Numbered from the stretch's first letter, positions 30,076-39,776 are shown. The stretch is 64,000 bases of DNA from an uncultured Actinomycetota bacterium (GCA_963829525.1 CAWHIJ010000003.1:2112001-2176000), one strand, 5' to 3'. The notes: generated by a model not told the origin, from the sequence alone. Numbers and translations are program-made.

Positions 30076-30797
30076 TCGTGCTCCCACGTCCACGTCGCCA
30101 CCATGTAGGCGACGCCGTACGGGGACTCGTCGGCCAAGAGCTCACCACGCCAGCGACCTGCACCAGTCGTTGCCTTGGCGGCACCAGCGACTATCTGCCA
30201 GGCCGGTCGCCCGGCCGCCGCAAATCGCGACGCCTGTTCAGCTTCGATCGCGGCGATGAAGTCGACGTCGACGTCGACCAGAGCCTGGGTCACACGCTCT
30301 TGCCACAGCTCGGCGCCTTCCACGAGGTATCCGGGTGCTTTGACTGTCAACCCAGCCGACCCGTCGCCCATCGCAACGATGGAGACCCGGTCGGCGCCGG
30401 CAGCCCACCGCTGACCCAAGGCGTCGGCGTCCCCGGCTGTCACAGACAGAGGCACCTCCTCGGCGCGAACGGACGGCCAGTCAGCGCGCTGCCCGAGCAG
30501 CCAAGACCCAACGGCCAGCGAGAGCGGCAGCGTCGCCGCAGGCTCAGGATGCGAACCCGGAATTACGGTTTGGGCGGCCACTCCGAATCCAGCGAACGAG
30601 CCCACCGAGCCCGGCCCAAAAGTGGCGAGCTGACTACCCGCACCGACCATTACAAGCAGATCCGGATCCGCCGCCCGCACCCGATCGAGTGCGGTGGCGC
30701 AGGCCTCGCGAACAGCCTCCAGCTCATGGGCGGCTCCGGCCGCGACATCGGGCACAAGCGCAGGAGGATGCGGGAGGACAGCTGCTGAGACGAGCAC
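30072..30797 (-). CDS. Extradiol dioxygenase subunit B-like conserved protein
   Basis: PHPPAL.P, MGDGSA..KAPGY and PYGVAY; usual position between miaB and miaA. Confidence 0.75.
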   Translation of the reverse strand: MLVSAAVLPHPPALVPDVAAGAAHELEAVREACATALDRVRAADPDLLVMVGAGSQLATFGPGSVGSFAGFGVAAQTVIPGSHPEPAATLPLSLAVGSWLLGQRADWPSVRAEEVPLSVTAGDADALGQRWAAGADRVSIVAMGDGSAGLTVKAPGYLVEGAELWQERVTQALVDVDVDFIAAIEAEQASRFAAAGRPAWQIVAGAAKATTGAGRWRGELLADESPYGVAYMVATWTWEHE

Positions 30798-30799
30798 CG

Positions 30800-32359
30800 T
30801 CAGCGCACCCCGGCGGTACTCACTCCGACCGTCGGCAGCCCCAAGGGAACGGCCCCAAATGTTGTCGGGCCACTCACAGAACCAGCACCAACAGGGGCAC
30901 ACGAAATCTCCGACTGCCGGCGCTCCCAGGCGTCGCCGGCAGCAGTACGGCGAAGGTCCAGGGTTGGGCCATCGGCAACCAAGTGGTGCGGGGCGGCGTA
31001 CGTCACCTCGACGGTGACCAAATCACCTGGGCGCGGTATCGGGTCGGACTCCCCCGCCACCTCGGGGACGGTGAAATGCACCAGTCGGTTGTCGGCAGCT
31101 CGACCTGACTGCCGTCCGGTCGCCCCATCCTTGCGGCCTTCGCCCTCGGCGACGAGCACGTCTACCGTGCGCCCAATCTGACGCTTGCCTTCGTCCCACG
31201 CAATCTCGTCGACGAGCGTGACCAGCCTCTGGTAGCGCTCCTTGACCACATCAGCGGGAACCTGGCCCGGCATGTCCGCAGCTGGCGTCCCTGGACGCCT
31301 GGAGTACTGGAAGGTGAAGGCACTCGCGAACCGAGCGGACGCCGCGACCTCCATCGTCTGTTCAAAATCGGCATCAGTCTCGCCTGGGAACCCGACAATG
31401 ATGTCGGTGGTGATGGCCGCGTCCGGCATCGCAGCGCGCACCCGCTCAATGATGCCGAGGTACTTCTCGCGACGGTACGACCTGCGCATCGCCTTGAGCA
31501 CCGCATCCGAACCGGACTGCAACGGCATATGCAGCTGCGGCATGACGTTCGGTGTCTGGGCCATTGCTTCGATGACGTCGTCAGTGAAGTCACGCGGATG
31601 AGGCGAGGTGAACCGCACTCGCTCGAGGCCTTCGACCTCACCGCAGGCGCGCAGCAGCTTGCTGAAGGCGTACCGATCACCGAACTCAACCCCGTAGGAG
31701 TTGACGTTCTGACCGAGCAGGGTCACCTCAAGGACGCCCTCGTCAACGAGTGCGCGCACTTCACTGAGGATGTCACCGGGTCGCCGGTCTTTCTCGGCGC
31801 CGCGAAGCGCCGGAACGATGCAGAACGTGCACGAGTTGTTGCAACCAACACTGATCGACACCCAGCCGGCGTAAACCGATTCGCGACGCGTAGGCAAGGT
31901 GGAGGGAAACACCTCGAGCGACTCGAGGATCTCGACCTGGGCCTCCTGCTGTACCCGGGCTCGTTCGAGCAGGATCGGCAGCGCTCCGACGTTGTGCGTG
32001 CCGAAGACGACATCGACCCATGGGGCCTTCTCCAGAATGCGGCTCCGGTCCTTCTGGGCCAGACATCCCCCCACAGCGATCTGCATTCCAGGGTTGGCTT
32101 CCTTGACCGGTGCCAGGTGGCCGAGGTTTCCGTAGAGCCGATTGTCGGCATTCTCGCGCACCGCGCAGGTGTTGAAGACCACGACGTCCGGTGTCTTGTC
32201 GGCGGCCGCGCGGAGGTATCCAGCCGACTCCAGCGAGCCAGCGAGGCGTTCGGAGTCATGAGCGTTCATCTGGCATCCGTAGGTACGCACCTCGTAAGTG
32301 CGAGCCACGTCGTCTGTAAGGGGGGCATCCCCTACGAGGGCATCAGATCGGACGGACAC
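30800..32359 (-). CDS. miaB: tRNA-2-methylthio-N6-dimethylallyladenosine synthase
   Basis: [25 protein letters not shown] radical-SAM motif and a TRAM domain. Confidence 0.96.
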   Translation of the reverse strand: MSVRSDALVGDAPLTDDVARTYEVRTYGCQMNAHDSERLAGSLESAGYLRAAADKTPDVVVFNTCAVRENADNRLYGNLGHLAPVKEANPGMQIAVGGCLAQKDRSRILEKAPWVDVVFGTHNVGALPILLERARVQQEAQVEILESLEVFPSTLPTRRESVYAGWVSISVGCNNSCTFCIVPALRGAEKDRRPGDILSEVRALVDEGVLEVTLLGQNVNSYGVEFGDRYAFSKLLRACGEVEGLERVRFTSPHPRDFTDDVIEAMAQTPNVMPQLHMPLQSGSDAVLKAMRRSYRREKYLGIIERVRAAMPDAAITTDIIVGFPGETDADFEQTMEVAASARFASAFTFQYSRRPGTPAADMPGQVPADVVKERYQRLVTLVDEIAWDEGKRQIGRTVDVLVAEGEGRKDGATGRQSGRAADNRLVHFTVPEVAGESDPIPRPGDLVTVEVTYAAPHHLVADGPTLDLRRTAAGDAWERRQSEISCAPVGAGSVSGPTTFGAVPLGLPTVGVSTAGVR

Positions 32360-32407
32360 GCTGATCAGGGTAGGTGTTGGCCTTGTCGTTCGCTCCAGCG
32401 CACTGCT

Positions 32408-32472
32408 GCCGGCTGACAGCGCCGGCTGACAGTGCCGGCTGACAGCGCCAACCGACGGTGCCAACCGACTCG
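32408..32472. repeat. 13-bp tandem repeat x5
   Basis: GCCGGCTGACAG(C/T) x3, then GCCAACCGACGGT and GCCAACCGACTCG. Confidence 0.85.
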
Positions 32473-32603
32473 AAAACCTCCTCGTAGTCCCACCCTGTGG
32501 TATCGGTATGCCACATAGTGGATCAGATGCTCGCCCGGAAGGTGATCACCCTGCCAGGCTGAACATTCGTCCAACTCCCCTGCGGACCAGATCAGAGGTC
32601 ATC

Positions 32604-33596
32604 ATGCGCATCCTCGTCGCCGACTCGCTCGAGTCATCGGCAGTCGCTGCCCTCGAGGCGGCCGGCCACACCTGCGTCATCAACGCCGACCTGGCCGGTG
32701 ACACCCTCCCAAACCACATTGGCGACAACGAAGCACTCATCGTGCGCAGCACCAAGGTGACCGCCGACACGATCGCCGCTGGCAAGGCCTTGGCGCTGGT
32801 GGTTCGTGCGGGTGCTGGGACAAATACGATCGACGTTGCCGCTGCCACTGATGCAGGAGTCGTCGTCGCCAACGTCCCAGGGCGTAACGCGGCCGCCGTC
32901 GCCGAACTTGCCTTTGGTCTGATGCTGGCGATCGACCGTCGCATTCCGGATGGCGTGATCGAGATGCGCGCAGGCCACTGGGACAAGAAGGGGATGAGCA
33001 AGGGCGCCCGGGGGCTGGCTGGCGCCTCGCTGGGGATCGTCGGCCTCGGTAGCATCGGCCTCGGCGTCGCCCAGCGGGCGAAGGCCTTTGGCATGAGGGT
33101 GATCGCGCTGCAGCGGCCCGGCCGGTCACCGGAGTCACAAGCGCGAATCACCGACCTCGGGATCGACCTCCTCGACTCACTGCCCAAGCTGGCAGCTGCG
33201 GTTGACATCCTGTCGCTGCACATCCCGGCTGGTCCGAGCACCACCGGGATCGTTGACCGCGAGACGATCGAGGCCATGCGGCCCGGCGCCGTGCTCATCA
33301 ACACATCTCGGGCTGACGTCGTCGACTCCGATGCCCTGCTGACTGCTCTTGACGCGGGCCGCGTTCGGGCCGGCCTGGATGTCTTCCCTGATGAGCCAGG
33401 GAGCGGCAAGGCCGAATGGACCTCTCGCCTCTCGACGCACCCAGCAGTTGTCGGAACGCACCACATCGGGGCTTCCACCGAGCAAGCCCAACTCGCCGTG
33501 GCCGAGGGAGTCGTCGACGTCGTGGCCGGCTTTGTCGCCGGGGTTCCTATTCACGTCGTGAACCCTGCGGCACTCACGAAGGCGTCGGGCGGGTGA
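32604..33596 (+). CDS. D-2-hydroxyacid dehydrogenase, SerA-like (no ACT domain)
   Basis: RAGAGTNTID, GLGSIG, INTSR, LDVF..EP and HHIGASTEQAQ. Confidence 0.88.
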   Translation: MRILVADSLESSAVAALEAAGHTCVINADLAGDTLPNHIGDNEALIVRSTKVTADTIAAGKALALVVRAGAGTNTIDVAAATDAGVVVANVPGRNAAAVAELAFGLMLAIDRRIPDGVIEMRAGHWDKKGMSKGARGLAGASLGIVGLGSIGLGVAQRAKAFGMRVIALQRPGRSPESQARITDLGIDLLDSLPKLAAAVDILSLHIPAGPSTTGIVDRETIEAMRPGAVLINTSRADVVDSDALLTALDAGRVRAGLDVFPDEPGSGKAEWTSRLSTHPAVVGTHHIGASTEQAQLAVAEGVVDVVAGFVAGVPIHVVNPAALTKASGG

Positions 33597-34867
33597 CCCT
33601 TGTCGGGCGCTTCCCCGCCCGGATCGTCAAACAAGAGCGCGCTGCCGACGTGGTGTGCCCGATGCATGACGCCCTGAGCGCCGCCCAGCGGGCCAACCTT
33701 CTGCTGGAGAACCCTCTGAGCTATCTGAACGTCACCCGTTCTGCCCTCGACATGCCTGGCGCCTCGTACGAGGAGATCGGGGCCGCAAACGCCGCAGGGC
33801 TCGAGCGCCTCCTGCGGTCTGACTCGTACGGCGCTCTCGGAGCCCCTGCCATCTACGTCTACCGGATCGACCGGGACGGTGACGTGCACACAGGTGTGGT
33901 CGCCGACCTGGACGTCAACGGCTTCGTTGATGGGCGTGTCCTGGGACACGAAGACGTCAAGCCGGAGAAGGTCGAAGCGCTCTCTAAGCACTTCGAAGCC
34001 GTCCCGACCCGCTCAGAACTCGTTGCGGTGATGCACCGTGACGACGACCAAGCTGCTGCCATCGTCAGTGCAACGACTTCTCGTCCCCCCGTGCTCACCG
34101 TCACCGACCTCACCGGTGTCGAGCAACAAGTCTGGCGCGTGGACGACTCCGATGCACCGGTCTTGATCGACCGGCTCAGCGCACTTCGTCACTACGTCGC
34201 CGATGGCCATCACCGGGTTGCGGCCACCGTGGCTCGATGGCGCGACCACGGTAGCCCCCGCGGTGGCACGGTGCTGTGTGTCCTCTATCCCGAGAGCCAG
34301 ACGCACCTACTCGCCTTCGATCGACTCGTCGCAGGACCCTTTGACGCAAGCGCCGTGCTCGACGCCCTCAAAGAGCGGTTCGAGGTTGACGAGGCAACCG
34401 GACCAACCCGTGGACACGGTGGCTTCGGGCTACATCTGGCCGGCACCTGGTACCGCGTCCACCTGCCGGATGTCGCCGGCCGTGCTGATGCTGATGCTGA
34501 TGACAAGGGTGCAAGTGACAGGGGTGCGGCCTGTCTCGACGTGGCACGGCTCGATGCCGAGCTCCTGCAACCCACCTTCGGAGTTGCGTCAGGGAGCGAC
34601 CGGGTGACCTACGTTTCCGAGCTCACCGATCCTCAAGAGGTCGCGGCAACTCACCCTGATCACGCTCTCTTCGTCCTCGCTGCACCTACGCACGCCGAAC
34701 TCATCGAGGTCGCCGAGCGGGGTGAGGTGATGCCGCCGAAGAGCACATACATAGAGCCGAAACCGCGAGCCGGAGTCTTTCTGCATCCGCGCCAAGGCCC
34801 GGTCGACCCACGGGATCTGCCCTCGACCAGGGCAGCGGGAGCCGCGACCGGTGCGCGCACAGCTTGA
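33593..34867 (+). CDS. DUF1015 family protein
   Basis: NPLSYLNV, HE, YVADGHHR and MPPKSTYIEPK motifs; GTGA overlap with the serA-like gene. Confidence 0.88.
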   Translation: MTLVGRFPARIVKQERAADVVCPMHDALSAAQRANLLLENPLSYLNVTRSALDMPGASYEEIGAANAAGLERLLRSDSYGALGAPAIYVYRIDRDGDVHTGVVADLDVNGFVDGRVLGHEDVKPEKVEALSKHFEAVPTRSELVAVMHRDDDQAAAIVSATTSRPPVLTVTDLTGVEQQVWRVDDSDAPVLIDRLSALRHYVADGHHRVAATVARWRDHGSPRGGTVLCVLYPESQTHLLAFDRLVAGPFDASAVLDALKERFEVDEATGPTRGHGGFGLHLAGTWYRVHLPDVAGRADADADDKGASDRGAACLDVARLDAELLQPTFGVASGSDRVTYVSELTDPQEVAATHPDHALFVLAAPTHAELIEVAERGEVMPPKSTYIEPKPRAGVFLHPRQGPVDPRDLPSTRAAGAATGARTA

Positions 34868-34934
34868 GAACGACACCACCCGAAGAACGACACCACCCGA
34901 AGAACGACACCACCCGAAGAACGACACCACCCGA
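34867..34934. repeat. Perfect 17-bp tandem repeat x4
   Basis: AGAACGACACCACCCGA at 34867, 34884, 34901 and 34918. Confidence 0.95.
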
Positions 34935-34938
34935 CGCA

Positions 34939-36270
34939 TCAGGGCGGCGTGAGTCTTCGGGTGCCATCGGGCTCGATGACGACCCGCCATTGTTTGAGAT
35001 GAACGAGTCCGTGGTGGCGGCGGCAGAGCAGCACTGTGTTTTCGAGCGAAGTTTCGCCGCCGTGTTCCCAGAAGACGACGTGGTGCACGTCGCAGCGTTC
35101 GGGTGACCGATGGCAGCCCGGCCCAACGCAGCTGCGGTCTCGGGCAGCAACGGCGCGGCGGAGTGCGGGCGGGATCGTCCGTGTGGCACGCCCCACGTCG
35201 ATGACCTGGGAAGTCCCGTCGGTGACGATGCGCGACACGGTGGAGTCGCAACCGATCATCTGGGCCTCGGTCGCCGTGATCGGACCAATCCACGCCAGTT
35301 GCGCCGGCTCGACGGCACCGGAGGATCGTTCTCGTCCTTCGGCGAGGGTGGCGTGGTCGACGATCACCGACAGGTGTGGACGCACGCCTCCAACCGTGAC
35401 CTGATTGAGGTCCTGCAGCCACTCCTGACAGATCTCTGCAAGCGCATCAGCACGGCGCTGCGCCCAGGTTCGAATGTCGTCGACTTCAGTGGCACCGCCG
35501 GTTGCCTCAGATTGGCCATCACCGTGCCCATCCCCCCGGTCTGGGCTGGAGCCGGGACGTAACTTGGTGTCCAACGCTGTCATCAACAGCGCACCGGTTA
35601 CCGGGTCAAGAAGGCCGTTGACCGACACCATTCCGTCCATCGTCTCGGCCACTGACAACCCTCGCCGATCGAGTTTGCGGATCGCTGCATCATCAGCGCG
35701 TTGCCGGTCGAAGCAGTGCACAAGTCGGTCACCTACCCGACGCAGCTGACCAGGATCGAGCGCCCTGGCATGCTCGGCCAACGACCGCTCGGCCTCATCG
35801 CGATGTTCGACCGGAACACTGGCAAGTGTCTGATCGATCACCAGGGCGTGCCGCCAGGTCACCGTGCCTGACAGCATTCCCTGCGCAGTTGCTCCCAGCT
35901 CACCAGTAACTGCCGCAGCCACCTTCGCCCGACCGGACGCCTCACCCGGCGCCATTCGGCAGGTATGCCGTAGCCAGGAGGCCAGCGAACCGAAGCCCGC
36001 ATCAGCGATGGCGCCGGAACTGTCCAAATCGGCGGCCGCACCGAGCCAGAGCGCCTCGCACTGGTCGATCAGCTGACGCATCGCGACCACTTGGCCCGCG
36101 GGCGTCGCGTGCTGGGCCTCAGTGGCGAACGCCGCGAAGAGCTCGGCAGCCCGCGGCACCAGCCCCACCGACCCCGCTCCGGACAGGGCCGACCCCGGAC
36201 GTTGTCCAGGCAGAGACCACACCGGCTCCGGGCGTCGGTCGCCGGCTTCATCGGTGTGATCGTGACCCAT
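34939..36270 (-). CDS. DUF222 + HNH endonuclease (REP13E12-like)
   Basis: QRRADAL, RPHLSVIVD, CDS and GRATR.IP..LRRAV..RDRSCVGPGC..CDVHH..W..GGET..N..LLCRRHH..VH. Confidence 0.92.
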   Translation of the reverse strand: MGHDHTDEAGDRRPEPVWSLPGQRPGSALSGAGSVGLVPRAAELFAAFATEAQHATPAGQVVAMRQLIDQCEALWLGAAADLDSSGAIADAGFGSLASWLRHTCRMAPGEASGRAKVAAAVTGELGATAQGMLSGTVTWRHALVIDQTLASVPVEHRDEAERSLAEHARALDPGQLRRVGDRLVHCFDRQRADDAAIRKLDRRGLSVAETMDGMVSVNGLLDPVTGALLMTALDTKLRPGSSPDRGDGHGDGQSEATGGATEVDDIRTWAQRRADALAEICQEWLQDLNQVTVGGVRPHLSVIVDHATLAEGRERSSGAVEPAQLAWIGPITATEAQMIGCDSTVSRIVTDGTSQVIDVGRATRTIPPALRRAVAARDRSCVGPGCHRSPERCDVHHVVFWEHGGETSLENTVLLCRRHHGLVHLKQWRVVIEPDGTRRLTPP

Positions 36271-36478
36271 CAGGCACCCCTTGGGTAGGTCGGCCACTGC
36301 ATGACGTGCGTCGACAACCGACGCTTTCACCCAAGGAGAGCCTCAGACCCTCCTGCTCACCGAGCAGGACAGCCACAACGACTCTCACGACTGGTCCGGC
36401 CCTTCCGCATCAGCGGCGCCGATCCATCACCTGGCCTCTACCAGCAGAACTCCCAGAGGGAGATTCCTGAGGTCATCT
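36271..36478 (-). ncRNA. Candidate structured leader RNA of the HNH gene
   Basis: At least six helices can be read by eye between the promoter and the ATG (see findings). Confidence 0.4.
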
Positions 36479-36515
36479 TCGAACGTATGTTCGATTGTAG
36501 CTCATCCCCCCGACA
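36479..36515 (-). promoter_or_regulatory. PafBC-type (RecA-NDp) promoter with overlapping LexA box
   Basis: Minus strand TGTCGG-N10-TACAAT (36515-36494), then TCGAAC-N4-GTTCGA (36479-36494). Confidence 0.85.
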
Positions 36516-36563
36516 CTCTCAACCCGCTGCGCACTTCTCCGCGAAAATGCCGCCCCCACCGCC

Positions 36564-37673
36564 TCAGACCCCGTCGCGCTCGGCCAGGTACCGCTGGTTG
36601 AACGCGTAGACGTACATGTCCTTCTCGGGATAGACGCCGTGGTCGAACGCCTGCGAGCTCACACCGAGCTGCACGCGTTCGCAGATGGCGTTGTCCTGAC
36701 CTCCGACCAGCTCACCGAACTGCACCAGTCCGCTCGGGTCGAAGTCGGGGGCGTTGATCGTGTCGGGGTGGAAGAGGTACCACGCCACCTGCCGCGTGCG
36801 GCCTGGGCCAAGAGGGAAGAGCTGGGTGACGATGATCGCGGTGCCTGACGTGTCGATCATGATGTTCGGGAAAATGGTCCCGCCGTAGACCGACTGCGCA
36901 TCGACCTCATTCATCCCCGGCAGCAGCGGAAGCGGCGATGCCCCAGGGGCGTACGTTCCGCCACTCGCGAGGGTGACGCCACCATCGTCACGGCCATCCT
37001 CGAAAACCCACCCCTTGCGGTAGGCCGGGATGACATCGACCAGCTCAGGGTGCACGGTCGGGCAGTGCAGACACTCGTTGTAGTTCTCGATGATGATCTT
37101 CCAGTTCGCCTCGACCATCCACTCTGCCGACGCACCGATGCGCAGCTCATCCATCTGAAAGCGCTCGAAGCTGAGCATGTCGTCGTACGCCTCGCCGATC
37201 ATCTCGCGCAACGGCCGGGGGGTGCCTTTCGTCAGGTTCACGAAGACGAAGCCCTGCCATTCGTCGAGGTGCACCGGCCAGAGGGACAGCTTGCTGCGGT
37301 CGAGCTCGTCCTCGTCCACCTTGGGCGTGACGACGAGGTCGCCTTTGAGCGTGTAGCACCAGGCGTGGTACGGACACATGATCGTGCCCTTGTCGCTGCC
37401 GCTCGGCTCGTCCCGGAGCCGGGCACCACGGTGTCGGCAGACGTTGTAGAACCCGCGCAGCTTGCCGTCTTCACCGCGGAGCACCATGACGCTCTCGCCG
37501 ACGACGTCGACGATGAACCAGTCGCCGGGGTGAGGAGCCTGCTCGGCGCGGCCGGCGCAGAACCACGAACGCAGGAAGATTCGCTGTCGCTCCAGCTCGA
37601 AGATCTCCGGGTCGCGGTAGTCGCGCCCTGGAAGGGTGTGTCGTTCCACACGAGTAGCTTCCACGCTGGTCAC
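36564..37673 (-). CDS. Rieske non-heme iron oxygenase alpha subunit (GbcA/choline-monooxygenase-like)
   Basis: CRHRG..CPYHAW Rieske motif, NWK..ENYNECLHC..H and QD..ICE.VQ.G. Confidence 0.9.
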   Translation of the reverse strand: MTSVEATRVERHTLPGRDYRDPEIFELERQRIFLRSWFCAGRAEQAPHPGDWFIVDVVGESVMVLRGEDGKLRGFYNVCRHRGARLRDEPSGSDKGTIMCPYHAWCYTLKGDLVVTPKVDEDELDRSKLSLWPVHLDEWQGFVFVNLTKGTPRPLREMIGEAYDDMLSFERFQMDELRIGASAEWMVEANWKIIIENYNECLHCPTVHPELVDVIPAYRKGWVFEDGRDDGGVTLASGGTYAPGASPLPLLPGMNEVDAQSVYGGTIFPNIMIDTSGTAIIVTQLFPLGPGRTRQVAWYLFHPDTINAPDFDPSGLVQFGELVGGQDNAICERVQLGVSSQAFDHGVYPEKDMYVYAFNQRYLAERDGV

Positions 37674-37712
37674 GGGGCCTCCTTCGACGGTGCCTGAGCC
37701 TGGCCAGACTAG

Positions 37713-37742
37713 CAGTTCACTGAATGGCCATTCAGTGAACTG
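37713..37742. promoter_or_regulatory. Perfect 30-bp palindrome (probable operator)
   Basis: CAGTTCACTGAATGG|CCATTCAGTGAACTG between divergent genes. Confidence 0.7.
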
Positions 37743-37787
37743 GCGGGGCGAGGCGCCACAAACGCCGGCCCTGGCTAGAGTCCGGTC

Positions 37788-39776
37788 ATGACTGAACCGG
37801 TAATCCTCCCCTACGGCAGCTGGCCGTCGCCGATCAGCGCAGCCGACGTGGCCAGCGGCGCGCTCTCGCTGGAGTTTCCCGGCATTGTCGCGCCCTCGAA
37901 CGGCTCGACCGCACCGGAGATCTGGTGGCTCGAGGGACGTCCCCAAGACGGTGGACGCTTCGCCCTGGTCCGCAGGGCGGCCGACGGTGTGGTCAGCGAC
38001 GTGCTCGGCCCGGAGTGGAGCGTTCGCAGCCGCATCATCGAGTACGGCGCCCATCCGTGGACCCGCGTCCCTGGTGGGACTGTCTTCTGCTTCTGGGACG
38101 ACCAGCGCCTCTACCTGCTACCAGACGGTGCCGCGACGCCTCATCCGCTCACGACACCTCCGAGCGACGACACCACGCACATGTACGGGGAGCCGCGTCC
38201 AGGCCCATCCGGCACGCTCCTCGCGATACGAGAGACGCGCGCCGGCCATGTCGTCAGTCGCTCGCTGGTCATGGTCCCGCTCGACGGTTCAGCAGCCCGC
38301 GATGACAACAACATCAACGTGGTCAACGACCAGCATCACTTCTACGCACATGCACGCCTTTCCCCCGACGGCAGTCGCGTCTCCTACATTGCGTGGGACC
38401 ATCCGCAGATGCCGTGGGACGGTACGGTCGCGGCCGTCGTCGATCTCGCGCAAGCACTTCCTGCGTCCGAGCGGGTGCTCTTGGGTTCGACCACTGAGTC
38501 CGTGATGCAGCCAGAGTGGGCCGACGACGATCACCTCTATCTCGTCAGCGACCGCAGTGGCTGGTGGAACCTCTACCGACTCGGGCTCACCGACGGGGCG
38601 CTCGATGCGCTAGTGCCCCGTGATGAGGAGTTCTCCAGCCCGCTGTGGCTGCTCGGGCTCACGACGTACGGGGTTCTCGCCGACGGCCGGCTCGCAGTCA
38701 CGCACGGACGGGGCCATGAGCGACTCTCCGTGCTCGACCCGAAAACGGGTTCGCTGGTGTCCAGCGGCCTCGGCCACACATGGGATACCTACGTCATGAC
38801 GTCGGGCAGCACCGTGGTCTCCGTGGCTCAATCGAACACGCTCCCCTGGTCGGTCGTTGCTGTCGAGATCGGCCAGACCGCCACCGGCCTTGATGAGTTC
38901 ACGCTCGACGTCGTTCGGCAGGAACTCACAGTGCTGCCGAATGCCGGGTACCTGCCCCTTGCAGAGTCACGCACGTTCACCGGAGTGGACGGTCGCGACA
39001 TCCACGCCTTCGTCTACCACCCGAGCAACCCCCACGCAGTCGCACCTGACGGCGAGCTACCCCCCTTCATCGTCCAGGTGCACGGCGGACCCACCGCGCA
39101 CTCGGTTCCCGGTGTCAGCCTTGCGCGGGCGTACTTCACCAGCCGCGGGATCGGCATCGTCGACGTCAACTATGGGGGCTCTTCCGGGTACGGGCGCGAG
39201 TACCGCAACCGTCTGCGCGGACAGTGGGGCGTCGTTGACGTCGAGGACTCCGTTGCCGCCGCACAGTCGCTGGCGAAGGAAGGCGACGCCGACCCCGCTC
39301 GCCTCGGCATCCGCGGAGGTTCGGCTGGAGGCTGGACCACCGTCGCTGCGCTGGTGCAGACCGACAGCTTCGCCGCAGGTGCGGCCTACTACCCCGTCAC
39401 CGACCTGCTGCCGTTTGCCGAGGACACGCACGACTTCGAATCGCGGTATCTCGACGGCTTGATCGGCCCGCTTCCTGAGGCCCGCAACCTGTATGTCGAG
39501 CGCTCTCCCTTAACGCATTTGCACCAGCTACGGACGCCGATCCTGCTGCTGCAGGGCGACGACGACAAGGTGGTGCCACCCTCGCAGCCGCAGGCGGTCG
39601 CTGACGCATTGGCCGGCACCGGCGTCCCCCACGCATATCTGCTCTTCGCTGGGGAGCAGCACGGCTTCCGCAAGGCGGAGTCGAACATCACGGCGTTGGA
39701 GTCCGAGCTGTCGTTCTACGGCCAGGTCTTCGGTTTCACGCCCCCCGGAGTGCCCGTACTCGCGCTTGAGCACTGA
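37788..39776 (+). CDS. S9 family peptidase (acylaminoacyl/dipeptidyl peptidase)
   Basis: PYGSWPSPI, HGGPT, GGSAGG nucleophile, QG.DD.VV and EQHGFR. Confidence 0.93.
   Translation: MTEPVILPYGSWPSPISAADVASGALSLEFPGIVAPSNGSTAPEIWWLEGRPQDGGRFALVRRAADGVVSDVLGPEWSVRSRIIEYGAHPWTRVPGGTVFCFWDDQRLYLLPDGAATPHPLTTPPSDDTTHMYGEPRPGPSGTLLAIRETRAGHVVSRSLVMVPLDGSAARDDNNINVVNDQHHFYAHARLSPDGSRVSYIAWDHPQMPWDGTVAAVVDLAQALPASERVLLGSTTESVMQPEWADDDHLYLVSDRSGWWNLYRLGLTDGALDALVPRDEEFSSPLWLLGLTTYGVLADGRLAVTHGRGHERLSVLDPKTGSLVSSGLGHTWDTYVMTSGSTVVSVAQSNTLPWSVVAVEIGQTATGLDEFTLDVVRQELTVLPNAGYLPLAESRTFTGVDGRDIHAFVYHPSNPHAVAPDGELPPFIVQVHGGPTAHSVPGVSLARAYFTSRGIGIVDVNYGGSSGYGREYRNRLRGQWGVVDVEDSVAAAQSLAKEGDADPARLGIRGGSAGGWTTVAALVQTDSFAAGAAYYPVTDLLPFAEDTHDFESRYLDGLIGPLPEARNLYVERSPLTHLHQLRTPILLLQGDDDKVVPPSQPQAVADALAGTGVPHAYLLFAGEQHGFRKAESNITALESELSFYGQVFGFTPPGVPVLALEH

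Noticed and set aside
34867-34934. Possible CRISPR or guide array (also 59668-59763 and 32408-32472)
   Set aside because: Units are directly adjacent with no unique spacers, and no cas genes are present.
36320-36416. Hammerhead ribozyme in the HNH leader (CUGA...GAAA)
   Set aside because: The core needs CUGANGA; the sequence has CUGAGGC and CUGAUGC, and the stems do not fit.
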